Of a DNA stretch of 64,000 nucleotides, positions 21,406-35,000 are shown in pieces. The notes beneath the pieces were generated by a model that was not told the origin of the DNA, ran no database searches, and saw nothing but the letters and a program-made list of their open reading frames with translations. Location of the stretch: contig NMRA01000007.1 of NCBI GenBank assembly GCA_002633005.1, positions 1,254,362-1,318,361 on the forward strand. The letters are read 5' to 3'. The stretch is from Phoronis australis (taxonomy: Eukaryota > Animalia > Phoronida). A program made the position numbers and the translations under genes. Position 1 is the stretch's first letter; every line of letters starts with the position of its first letter.

Positions 21406-24260
21406 TTAGTTTTCTACAGTCTGTTCAACCTCTATTTCGTATCGGAAATTGGTCGGCGAGGGTGCAGTGGGCGTTGATTGGCCGCTATCTCTCTGATGCC
21501 TATGAATCATTTCTACGCTATCCAATGGGAAGTTGAGTTTTTCTGGAGTCGAGACTGGGGTGGTGTCAACACTGCTGCCTCCTGGTGATTGGCCATTTAA
21601 TTTTAACGGTTCAAAATTGCGGGGCATGAACGGTTTGACTTCCTGTTCCGGAGAAGTCATGTCAGCAAAGAACTTTGCTCTTGCATCGTTGAGACTTGAA
21701 CGGATGTTCGTTATCTTGGAACGTGGTGAGTGTGGCCTCATTTTGACACCTTCGTTATCAGGGTGTGAAGTATTGATGTGATTTTCTACTGCATTTTCTG
21801 AAGGTGGTGTTGGCGTTGTTGAAGGACTTCTCTCATTGACGGGTGTGGATGTCGGACTCTCTTCATCTGCAATGACCAGGACAGGTTTAGCATGGAACTC
21901 ACCAGATGGACTGAGGTCATTTCGAAGGTCCTCAAACTGTTGCTCAGCTAGGTGTAGGTCATAGCCTTTTCTGTTTCGGTTTGTATCCAGAGGTGATACA
22001 GATGGATCATTTGAATTCTCTGATGATGTGAGGCTGCCAGGCGAAGAATGGTCTTGTTCTGAAGTCTCCATATGTATGTCAGCCTCTTTTATCGGCTGCC
22101 TTGACAAGACAGTTACCTTATCTAAGTCAAGATTAATATCTAGCGGATTTTTCTCCCTACGTTCCTGAACAATCTCCTCCTCCGAGACGGAATTCGCCGG
22201 TGATATAGCACGTTGAGGATTAACCTTTTCACTAATTTCAGGAATTTCAAACTCTTCTGGAAACATATCTATCGTTATTTTCTGTTTTTCATGTGGTGGT
22301 GAGTTATCCTCAATTTTGTTTAGAGGAAAGTCTGAATTGAAAGTTTTATCTCGTTGATGAAATTGCGGTGAAATAGTCTCTTCGTCGACATCACTTGAAG
22401 GCCCTGTTTGCCCAGTGTCGCTTTGGGCAGGGCCCTCACATAAAAAATCCGCATTATCATATTCCCTGAGGTCTTGTATATCTGTCATGAAACCACTGGC
22501 ACCACCTATTACTGGTGCGCTAGAAACACCAGCAAAGACTTTGACTTCTGTCTCTGGCTCATCATCAACTTCCTGCGTCGGCGAGTTGGAATGTGACGAT
22601 GAATGGCTATTTGTTCGACCTTCATCCAATCGAACATCAAAAGCAGGAGAGACTGACTCCTGCAATTTTTCCGCATCGTGTGAATCAGCTTCTGGTAAAT
22701 TTGGATCAACTTTGCCATCAAGACCCAACTCTGGTTTGTTTATCGTTAAATCTGTTTTGTGATTAGACTCTGGTGAAGTTGTCCTTGAAGATGGATTAGA
22801 GTCGACGTCAACTGTTTCTACAGTGATGTCCGGCTCCTCATAACTGAGTCGGATCACATCAAGCTTGTCTTGGTCACTCAGATTGCTGAAGCTATGCTCA
22901 AACGTATCCCCTGTTTGTTGAGCTTCCATTCCCAACTGCTCGAATTCAGCCTCTGAGGGACTTACTTGGCCCGCATTGGAAATTTCAGGTTGTTCTATAC
23001 TCGAAGGACCTGAGACAAGTCTGGGCAACTCTATATCCATCTCTGGTAGCTCAGCTTCTACCTGAGGGCCCTCCAATAGCACTACTGCCTCTTCGACGGG
23101 TACATCGGAAAGTTCTGCTTGTTGTTCAGTTGGAGAACTTGAGAAAAATCTCTGTGTCTTTGCCTCCATTTCTGGTAGGTCAGCTTCAACGTGAGGGGGT
23201 TCTGCTTGCACTGTAATCTCTTCTGTTTCTACACATGTAAGATCCGCTTGTAATACAGGACTGGTGTGAAATGTGGATGCCTCCATTTTTATGTCTGGTA
23301 ACTCAGCTTCAACTTGAGGCTGTTCCAATTGCACCACATTTTCTTCCACTTGGGAGACACCAACTTCACCAACTAGACTGGAATGAAATTCGGGTGCCTT
23401 TGCTTCAGTGTTTGGCAGCTCGACTTCAACTTCACCCTGTTCCATTTGCACTACCGACTCGTCCACCTGTATTGTGGGGAGTTCTGCCTGCACTTCACTT
23501 AGGAGATCTGAGTGAAGTTCTGGTGACTCTTTCTGAATATCAGGTGTTTCAAGGGATGAATCTTCCATTTCTAAATCTACCTGGCAGTGTACGTCTGCTT
23601 CCTTTTCTGGATCAACTTGATTGTGTATGTCAGCTTCTATGTTCACACTAGGTACGTCTGCTTCACTCGGAATAAAGTTGCACAGCGAGTCTGTCTGACG
23701 AGGAATTTCTTCTGTGTGGGAGTCTGGTAAAGAGTTTGGGCCTTGAGCCAGTTGTAAGGAGGAGCTATCTTCCAACTGCTTTCGTGGTGAAATGTATTCA
23801 TCCATATTCAAATCTCCAACTTCCGGATAAGAAAATTGGGATAAATTAGTCACTGACTCTTGCTTTTGCTGCAGAGGTAGATTATCATCCAACTCAATAT
23901 CATCGTGTAAATTTGAATAGTTCTTGAACTTTTGTAAGTTACCCTGAGGCAGAGAATCGTCGTTGCTGAATGATTTTACTTGGTGGAGTCTGTCACGCTC
24001 ACTGGATTCCATTTTGCTGAGATCATCCATGGAATGGCTACGGAATTTCGGATGACTCAAGCCATGATTAGACAGTTCACTAGTATGCGATGCATCAGAT
24101 GCACGCTTAGATGATGCTCTCCGTGAGCCCGGTTGAGCAGAGGGTGCACTCTTTTGAAGATCTATTTTCACAGGATATGGTGAAGCATAGCTCAGTATAG
24201 TCAAGGCATCTTCATAGACAATCTTCTCAAAGGAAATGTACACACCCAAGATGCGGTCTC
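21406..24260 (-). CDS. Gene 2 terminal exon: second half of PDZ plus acidic S/E/P/D-rich tail
   Basis: tttgcag acceptor; 2.85-kb open frame beginning GDRILGVYISFEKIVYEDALTILSYASPYPVKIDLQK. Confidence 0.93.
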
Positions 24261-27200
24261 CTGCAAAAGGCAAAATTTAACTGTTACATTCAAAACGTTT
24301 TTAATGTATTAGTTGGTCGGAGTTTCCGGTTCTAGAACACCTCATTGTTTGGTTTGTTCTGATGCATTTTATTCAATTAAAAACACAACTGCAGAAGAGG
24401 ATTGGATTAAGACACATCATATAAAAACACTCTTTTGATTATATAAGTCAGATGGTAAATTGACAAAGTCCTGTCCGGCACAAATTAGATACATTATACA
24501 CTACATTAGGCAAGGTATTTAAAAATCAAACTGTGTGTGAAACATGAGTCAGTCACCAGACAGGTTGCCCTCAAGCCAGATGCCTGCACAAGTTGTAACT
24601 CAACCAATTTTAGTGCTTCAATAACGAATCATAGGCGGATTTAGGGGGGGGGCCCAGGGGGCCCGCCCCCCCCCTTGGGTGCTGAAGCAAAAATGGAAGA
24701 GCAACAGCATGAAGCGCAAGGACATATTGAGTAAGCAACTAGGACGCGAAGAAGGGGGTGCCCCAGATCGCGGCGTTCCCATTTTTTTTAGGGGTCCACT
24801 GGTAGGTTTTCTGAACAGATGGTTCACACACCCGGCTCCCGCAACTTCGAGCCTGAGCTACACATACAATCACACTTTGCCCGATTCCCAGAGACAACAT
24901 GTTGGGCCCCCCTTATGGTATCCTAGATCCGCCACTGCGAATTATGGAATTTTTTTACAATAAAGACATATTAACCCATTGGTAACACGAAAATATGTAG
25001 AAACAACAAGGCAAGGTTGGTTTGTAACATGAGTCGAACAAACCCAGAGAGGATTTACAGGGTCAGCAAGATTCTGTCTCCACTTTCACAACAAAGAACT
25101 GGGCAAAGTTGAGATGTTCAGGACATCAAAGTAACCAGCATGACTACAAGCAATTCGTGGATTTCCTTATGTAAGAAGTATAGCCTTGTGGTACAACACG
25201 AAAGTTCAAAGCAATTTGAAAAAGAGCACAAAAATTGTAAAATGGCTTTCCCCGCTCTTCTAATATCTAAGGAACATAATTTCATTAATTTTTAAACAAT
25301 TTGTAACCATGCAAAGTGTGGATTATGTGTGACACTGAGAGTATTGAGTTTATAGTTGAAGTCTGCTTTTATTGCTTAAATGGGACGGCAATGATGCTTT
25401 AGCAGGTGACAGAGCCAGGATTGGTTAAAATCAGCAAAACAGGGTTTAGTATACCCTTTAGTACAGTCACAAGCATAATCATACACAAAACAGTTATGAC
25501 ATCTTGCACTACATTGGTGTGGTCTCTCACCGACCTCCCAAAGCACTACATTATTGAAAGTACCTACATATATCTATACTGAATATCTCACCTAGATGAA
25601 TGCAGCCAGAATCGTTAGCAGGTCCTTTATTGTTCACCTGGCTGACAAGAATACCATCTCTCATGTTTCCTCTGATGTCGAAGCCCAACCCAATGAAGTC
25701 CTGGCTTTGCAGAGGAACAGTAATACACGTGCCAGTCTGGACAAGAAATTAAAAACTTTATTAGCAAAACCATTGTCGACAAAACTTCTTGACAAAAAAC
25801 GTTTTTTAAAAGTCAAAAAACGGTTTATGTCAATCATTTCATAATTCAGTATAGTCTCTTCATTCAGGGATAATTTTCATTTCTCACATTCCGTCCACGT
25901 TCTAAACCAAGCTCACTGGGGTAGGTCAATTAAATAACCGTGAACAGTTTGCGTGTGTAACCGAAAAATAAAACTTTCAAAAGACAGGTGCACCACTATC
26001 ACTTTGTGTGATGATTAGCCTTACAAGTTCCAGAAATCAGTGATTCATAGCAGTTATGACTGAGTCCACTACAGCTCTATTGGCCAGGAGAGGTTTACCC
26101 ACCTCATTTGGCGGTTTTGTCAAGTTTATAGGCTGTGTACAATGTGAAACGGCCAAAATGACTCATCTTGACTAAGGCCATAGAAATTAATTTTCTTCAT
26201 GAAAGCATTGAAAAATAAAACACCATTACAAAATTTCTTAACATTGCATTTGTTTAGTATTTCTTGACATAAACTCATTTTTTACAACTTAGAAACGTAA
26301 CTTACTTAGAATACTGAGAAGTCATTGCCATGCATTCTAACAGACTATTCACTCTAAAAATCTGAGCCATTTAAGAGTTTTCAAAATGTATGAAGTATGG
26401 CAATATTTTGCCAGCCCAACATTACCTTGTCAACAGCACCATCCGAATGCTGCGAACTCCACTGCCTGGCATCAACACCATTATTTTTCTCGGACTGTTC
26501 AGTTTTCTGAAACCATGAGAAAATATTATCTGTATGTTGGGTTTACATGTGCCAGTATATTTGGCGAATGTCTCACTTTTGCTGAGACCATACCGATTGT
26601 TGAAGCTTTGTCTCGCAATAGCGTTAAAGCGTCCCCTTTTTGACATACATGGCGGTATGCACGTACTCACGGAGTTAACGACTCCCTACTTTCTCGTTCC
26701 ACTTTGCAGAAAATAATTGCTCATTATTTTATTGTCAACAAAGATCAAAATAATGACGATAAATGCATTTAACAAGTTAAATTTAATTTATTTAGCATCT
26801 GCGTAGTAAATACGAAGCTAGTAATAGTACCACTTTCATAATTTTCTTGTTGACAATTTTGAGAAAATATCTCATTTGTGTGCTAGGCCTATATTGTGTG
26901 CTAAATTGGTGAAGAATTGTACCATAACCCATCATTTGAATATTTCTGCATCATAGACAAGTCCATTAAGTTGTTATAAAAGTTGGTAATCTTCTATTTT
27001 ATCATTCCTATGAAATGAATGTTGTGAGAAGCGGTTCTGTCGTCAGCCACAATGTTATGCCGAGAGAACTGCAGACGCAAGAATGTCAACACGTACATGC
27101 CATCTATTGAGTACAACTAACACAGAAAAGAGTATGAAACGTCCATGCAGTAAACATACCACAGTTTGCGGCGGCTTTTTCCTGGTGTATTCCTTACACT

Positions 27201-30200
27201 GAACGTAACCAGCAAACCCTGTAATAGAGAAAATAAATAAGGAAAATGGAGAACAATACATTATAGTGCTACTTACGTCAAGCAAAGATCGGAAAATTTT
27301 GAAGCAGCATAAATCAAGTTCACAGTGATGAATCTTCCTACAGAACTCAATGACCTTAATTCAATTCATTGTATTATCGTGTAAGTCGGCATATTAAAAA
27401 ACAAATACTAAGGATTCCACCTCAAAACACGAACCAAAACACTGGTTTTCAGACAGCTTTGAGGGGAGCAGTAAAAGGTACATTCTTACCTAGGAAAGTC
27501 AATTTTACAGCAAGAATCTATTCAAAACATACCTAACACGCAATGGTAATGGAATGACATAAACACAAAATAGTGTAAAAATATCACTGCAAAAACTGGT
27601 TTTCATGTTAGAAGATCAAATAATTTTTCTTTGTATAGTTATAATTCTTCATTTATAGCAGTAAAAATTATCAATATAAAATTGTTATACGACAACAAAA
27701 AAAAACAATCAATCGAAATAAATCTGTAGCTAATTTTATAATTAGGGTTATAATTCTTATAAGTCTCTTCCTGCAATGACAATTTGTCATATAATTAAGG
27801 AGAACTGACCTGGCATTAATCAATGTCAATTGCCAATCAATTACACATGAGTGGATCATAGCAACTGGTCAGTGTATTACACAATCTAACTGGATCCAAT
27901 AAAGCACATGTTCATAAAGCCAGCAGGTACGGTAGCCTCTTTCAGAACCATTAAGGCAGTCAGATTAAGATTATCTGGGACTTAATAAATGACCTCAACT
28001 CTAAGTCAAGCATAAAAAAGCTATGGTTTGTCAAACATTAAAAGTATATATTTTTTGAAAGGAGAAAGATGGAAGATTCTAAAAATATTCTTCTTAATAC
28101 TGTGTCTTTATTATTGTCACATCCACATTTTTAAGTCAAATTTTATTCCTCCCAGAATTCCCTGAGTACTACCATGAGATACGGACATGCGAATCGCGAG
28201 CCATTCCACGGATTTACTTATTTGTTAATTTATTTTAAAGATTGTAGTTAAAACTACTTTTGGCGATGTTAGCCAACTGTTATGTCTCATGAGGTGACGG
28301 AAAACTAATGAACTTATTATATTACTCAGTGCATGTTGAACAATTAAATGTGCTCACCCTGTGCATTGCAAATGGCTAAGGCATACAGGCTGGAATTTTT
28401 TCAAATATTTCTGCATATCTAGTTAGCATCACTAGTGAGCCTAAGATAGAGTCTGCGATGTCCAGTGCCATACATCTGGAAAATTGGCAAATGCAATCGT
28501 CGTAGATATTGAGATTTCCACAAAGAAAGCTAAAATTACCACTAGATGGCATAGCAGTCAATTCTGATCTATTTGAAATCAATGTCAGCCATGTTCTCCT
28601 CACTAGAAACATATCTTTCAAATTTCACAATGATCTTTCACCTAGCTTGGTACATACTGAAGCAGGAGCAAAAATAAAACTTCCACCAGGGAGCACAGCA
28701 GTTCTCAGATTCATCCACAAACCAACATCAGACATGCTCTCATCAATAAGAACATGCCTCAAATTTTATAATAATCTTTTAAACCATTTGCAATGAATCA
28801 GACATAAAAATACTACAACTAGCACTAGGGTAGGCACAACATGACGGAGCAGCTAAGTTTTGCAAAAATTCATCTAGTGACTTGGCAGATATAAAAGCAA
28901 ACATGAAAAATAGCCATAAATGGCACAGCAGTTGCCATGTTCATAAGAACACACCAGTCAAGATTCACCAGGTCTAGGAGATACAACTGCTTATGCCCAC
29001 ATGCCCAGACTGCAGCAGTTACAATGTGTGCCCACCTACAAGAGCATATACTGGTATGTGTGCGCACCTACAAGAACATATACATGGGCACATCAATTTT
29101 TTCTAAGCTGTCACTGTCAGTGTTATTCACAAGTATTTATGGTGAGCAAACAGGTCTATGCACCCCTATCTAGATGAATAGACTCATCTGCACACATGGT
29201 GATTGTCTTGGGTAAGATAGATTGACAATGCTCTGAATGCAAGTGAAATGAAGGTTGAAGGCTCTAATATTTTGTAACAATACCTTATGATCAATGTAGC
29301 CTATAGCAGCAGATATGTGGTTGAAATAACTCCTGTGTGTAACTCTTAAAGATACCCAAAGGACCTTGACCACTCTAGAAATCAGTTTTTACTGGAATCA
29401 AAAATTCCTTGCGTATTTTAAGATCACTGATAAAAATGTCATAAAACGAGCTATTCACGTTAAACCGGCTGCTCAAATGTGGAAAGCTAGTCGGGCAAGC
29501 AATGGATTCATTGTGGGCTTTTTCCTTGGTATAGACTTCACATAACAATAGTCAAATTATTTGTTTCCACATTTTATGAAGGTAGAAATTACACTTCACC
29601 TACTAGGTAAAGGCTGGTTTTTCACACCAGTGTGTTATTGTTTTTGTTTGTATCCATACTGACATTTAGAGAAAAGATCTCCCAAAATACCATTATTTTA
29701 ATCACACTCATACACGTAAACGCCCATGTTCACATTGACGTCTACAAAATTTTAACTTTCAAACGCTCGTGCTCGGCAATATCTAAAAACCTATAAATTG
29801 CAACTCAACAAAAGTACATTTTCAGAAACGAGAAAGTCTCTGTGTTTTTTTATTTCTAGAGCATAGCCATCATCAGACAATGTTTTGAGAAACTGTGGGC
29901 ATTTACAGCAATGTAAGAAGCTTTTGAAAAATAAAAAACATCAATTTTGGGAGTAGCCTATGTCTAAAATTGGTGCGATTTTAACATAAACTGTGGCAAA
30001 GAAATCATATTTAATGCTGCTTTCCCTATTAGGGGAACTTCGGTTTACAGAGGCTTCCTGAAACTTCACTCACCCTTCCCAATTAAGACAGCAATATCTA
30101 AGTTATTGGTAGATAACGATTCAGTCATCGGAGTAGCCCAGATGGCTTAGTTCATTCATACTCTCAAACAAATATTGAGTAATGGGTTCGAGGGTAACTG

Positions 30201-32025
30201 AAAATTGTTCTCCTGCCATCTGCGAGTGTTCATGAAAATGATCAGTGTCATTCTTTATCCAATGTGCTTTCTTTTATTTATTTACGTGTGTCTACTGAGA
30301 GCACGTCAGCTACGCTACAATAACAAAAAACATGTTTTGCCAGTTTCGCATGATTGTATATCATTGCAGCAACTTCTACCAATAACTTCGATGAAGCTTC
30401 CCTTTGACTGTTCCCGTTAAACCGAAATTTCGGTGAATACCGAGGCTTCATTATTAAATCCTACTATTTTGAGCTAAGTTTTGCTTGCAGTTTCGCCTCT
30501 AATGGAAAGCACCTTACGAAACTATTACCGTACGATAGCAATTTTTTACTGTAGTAAATAATTCAGCTGCACCTCAGAATTTGATTAAGAAAATATTTAT
30601 CTCACTAGTGTAAATTTTTTCTCTTGCTCAAAAACTCAAATCAGTCATGGATCCAGAGGGAGGCCTAGGGGGTCTTGAACCTCTGCTGCAACTAGGAATC
30701 TCAAGAACTTAAACCCCGTTCATACCTGGTCAAATCTCCTGGACAAAATCCTAGATCTGAGACTGCAAACTCAATTTTTGTGACTGAAAGTACATGTGCT
30801 TGGAAGTCATATTCAGTTTCACTTAGTCCATATCTATCTACTGATGACAATGAATGCCACAATAGTTCACTGAATAGCTTGTACAGTGAATGTACAAGGA
30901 ATTCTGGTCTAATGCTTTGAGCAATTCCTTTCAGTGAAAAAGTTACATAAAATGTTCTTACTCAAGACACAAACAACAATGACTCACATGGCGAACATGG
31001 GGGGTTACTCTGACTTCCCTGGCAACAAACAGGTGTTTTATAACAGCTTCAAATGCAGATTTTTTTACACACTTCCAGGTAAAAAGAATCCCCAACTGTC
31101 TGTGAATTTTTTAGATTTTTGTCTTTAGTTTCAAAAATGTCTGTCATTTAGTAAACAACAGGCCATTGCAATTTTGCCAAAGCACCACACCAAATTTTCA
31201 CTTACATATGAATCCCTATTCTCCCTTACATACCGATCCTAAATTTATACGTTCAGCACTTTGATTCCTTAAAGTGTGCCTGAGTACTCACTTCAACTCC
31301 CAAAATGCGCACAATACAGTATTTATCATGAGTGCCCAGAAACAGTGTCTGCATCTTACTGCCAAAGCTTTTGTGAAGTGGCTCTCGCATAAATGTTGAA
31401 CCGGGCTTCTTAAAAAAATTAGCTTTTAAATGCCGATGCTCATCTTAAAGCCCCATAAAGTGTCATCTTTGGTTCGTAATTTGGGGTAGGACCTTTCATT
31501 TCCTTTTGGGCGCATGTTAAAATGCTGGAGTGCATAGCTCATAATTACACACATGATAAAATCGTGAACCAACAGAATTCACTTAATGCTTGTACGGCAT
31601 TCAATAGTCCTAACTTATGTATTTCTATTTTCAAGTTTGTGATTTTAGGCTGTGTAGGATTTAAATACACACTCTTCGATTTTGAAGGTATCAACTGTTA
31701 GTTCCCTGAGCCTTATCTGAGTAAAAACCGTTCTGTTAATTAATTAGTAAAAAATTCAACAGGTTGTCACCGAAGTGAGTTCTGTAAATGCCGTGGTGGA
31801 GTATCTTTTGTACTTTTAAGGATGCCACCAGTTTATAAAGATGTCTACATGATCTACCTCCACTACTGGCATTTACTGACATGATTAATAAATATCGAAT
31901 GGGCCATTTGAAATGACTAAATGTTAAAACACTTTAAAAAATTGTTTGGTTTATTTTTTTGTTTCTCAGTTCAAAAGACCCTGTTGCAAGTTTCACTTCA
32001 CCCTTTCCAGATGGCTAAATATAAA

Positions 32026-32056
<31 letters not shown>

Positions 32057-35000
32057 TTTATTTATAGCGGATGAAATACATTAGATTTAAAAAAAAACAT
32101 GCTTAAGCCAAAGGCTTATGTACAGCATGGTCCTCTCCCAGGCCTCTTACTCTCATATGGTAATATTCCTTCATTATAAGATATTTCATACCACTAAGAA
32201 TATTGAAACCATCAGTGATTCATGGAAATATTTGCAAGTTTATTGGGGTCGACCAACCCTAAAATTGCAAATTCAAAAATGTCACATTTACGCATTGCCT
32301 GAGACTTGAGTTTTCAAGGAAGAATCCTAGAATATTATGAGACCAATTTCATGAGAATAAAAGGCCTAATTCGATTTCTGTTTTAGCCACATAAACTTGG
32401 CAAAATGTAGCTTTAAATGTAATTCAAACCTTTTAGTGCAACAACAGAGGTCAGTAGTAGATAACAAGACCACTCCGACATAAGAATCAATTCATGCATT
32501 TCTGTAGACAACCTTGTAATTTCAAGGGAGTTGGAAATAATTTTTTTTTTGAGATATAAAAGCAAATAGCTTAAAGAAAACAAGAACTACAAAGTGGAAA
32601 AATTTTTAAGACTACTGTGGCAAATACCAGTAATATTCCCAAACACAATATTTTTTACAGAAAACAATGAAAAACGTTACAAATTTTTAATGAAAAAGTC
32701 ATATTTCCAGCTTTTCTTGAAACACAAATTGCTCTTCAGTAGTGGATTTAATATAAACAAATTTCAAAAATTACAATTCATGAAAAAATATCATTTGTTT
32801 TTATTTCTACTGATGTAAAATTCAGGATCTCAGATGACTGGGCACCATGCCTAATTTGTGATCAAAACCTACTATTTGTTTTATTTCGATTGTTGTAAAA
32901 TTAGGATCTCAGAAGATTGGGCAGCATGCCTGACTCAGGTGGACTTGTATAAATCCACTAAGAAAACAGACTATTTGTTAAGCAAACAGCACGTTTCAAT
33001 ACTAGAAGTCAAAGATCATCTCAAGAACAAGGGAGGGGTTGGGGCGTAGTACAGGCTACAGGCAACGTCATGGTGAAAATATGGTATGCCTAGCCATTGA
33101 AAAGGGCAACTGAACTTCTAGCAATAGAAGCCCTACAATTTTGCACCAGAATTACGCAAGAGAGATCGGAAATAATTTTCTGTTTCAGGAGCATTTTCTG
33201 TATTTGATGGGCTTTATTATGATGTAATTTGCATAACAAGAGCAACGCAGACCACTGTGTGCATCACATAAAGAGCAAATAGAAGCGCTGATCGTGAATG
33301 GTGCAATGTCAACTTAATAATAGCTTCTAGAGGGTGCAAAGCAAGTCAGCAATGATCTCCTCAATAGGAACATACTTGTCACCTTCCATGATTATTCTTC
33401 AAGAACTTTGGAGGATAGGGAGGCAGAAGACAAAGGACACAAAAACAACAGAAAGGCCAGTAAGAGGTGCAACATATATACATTGGTCATATTCTTCTGA
33501 GACAGGCCCATGCCTTTGTCCATGTGATAGTAACTTATTTGCCAAATTTCATGAACACCCATCAAGGAACTTGGTAGATGTTAAGGAAATCACAAAGAAA
33601 ATCAAAATTCCCACTAGGTGACACCACAGTAGTCGGGATTTGTCCCCAAATCCACATCAGTTGTACTCTCTTCATTGCCAAATTTCATGGAGATCCGTCA
33701 GGGAACTTGTATAGAGCCACAGGAAAAGAATTGCCACAAAAGGGTTCCACATTAGTCAGAGCTGTCCAAAAATTGTCTACAGCTGTGCTCTTTCCTGTAA
33801 GAACACATATGCCAATGTCCATAACGGTCCTTGGAGTGATTTGGGCAATACAGAGGCAGACGTCAACAAACCACACTCCAAAATAATAAAATTACCACTA
33901 TAATGCATCTATCCAAAAATGCAATGGTGTTATCATCTCTTTAATAAACCCATTTGCCAAATCTCCATCAAGGAACTATGAAGATATAGAGGAAAATGTA
34001 TAAATAATAAAACTGTCTTATAGGGTTCACAGTCGCAGCCGGGTCCATTTGAAAGTTGTCCTGTTATTAGAAATACATTTGCGGAATTTAACAAAGCCCC
34101 TGCAAGTGATTTTAGAGATATCGCTGCGGACAAAAAAGATTCTAGGAGGCACCACAGTAGTCCAAGTCATGCAAAAAATATCATTGCCGTCCTCTTCCCA
34201 GTATGAGCACATATAACAATTTTCATAATTATCTTTAGAAAAGGAATTGCCCGATGGAGAGGCGAATGCCAAAAACAGGCTCGCAAATATGAAAAATGTT
34301 CACTAGGTGATGCAAAATACATGGAAGTGATACAAAAACAAAAAAGTGGCGTTGTCTCCTTAATATATACGAATTTGCCAATTTTCTTAAAAGTCTGTCA
34401 AGAAACTTAAAACAGAAATCCAAAGTTGGAAAATAAAATTGCCACTAGGGGACACACTGGAAATTGGATTTGTCTGACAATTCACTCATGCCATCTTATC
34501 CATGATAGGAACATGTAGCAAAATTTATTGAACATCCATCAAGGGATTTTGGAGATACTGTAGCGGATGCTGGGAAATACTTATCCGTATTCAGTTTTGT
34601 GGCTACTAGACATAATTGGAACCATAGGTGTTTTGCATGGGTTAACTGGAAGGGTGACAAACAGCCATATGCATGAACTTCAAATGGTATGAAAGAACCA
34701 CTGAATCAACCCCTTAAAACACTTATCGTGCATGCAAAGCGCTACAGGTGGCTGATAGGTATCTACTCTATCCCCCTACACTACATTATACCGTATACTC
34801 GTAAACGCCCTGGGTTCTTAAATTGGGAAACCCTGAGACACGGGGGTGGGCAATTACCCAAGCATGGGGCGCTAAAACTAAAAAATTGGCAAAAATTCGG
34901 GAATGGGCGATTACCTGGGCATGGGCCTTAACACATGAGTTTATGGTATGTTTTCCCAAGAAAATCATTCATACGAACTGCAGAATCAGAACATTTTGTG

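Noticed and set aside
21297-23651. Plus-strand ORFs overlapping the gene 2 terminal exon
   Set aside because: Antisense shadow ORFs of a long coding exon.
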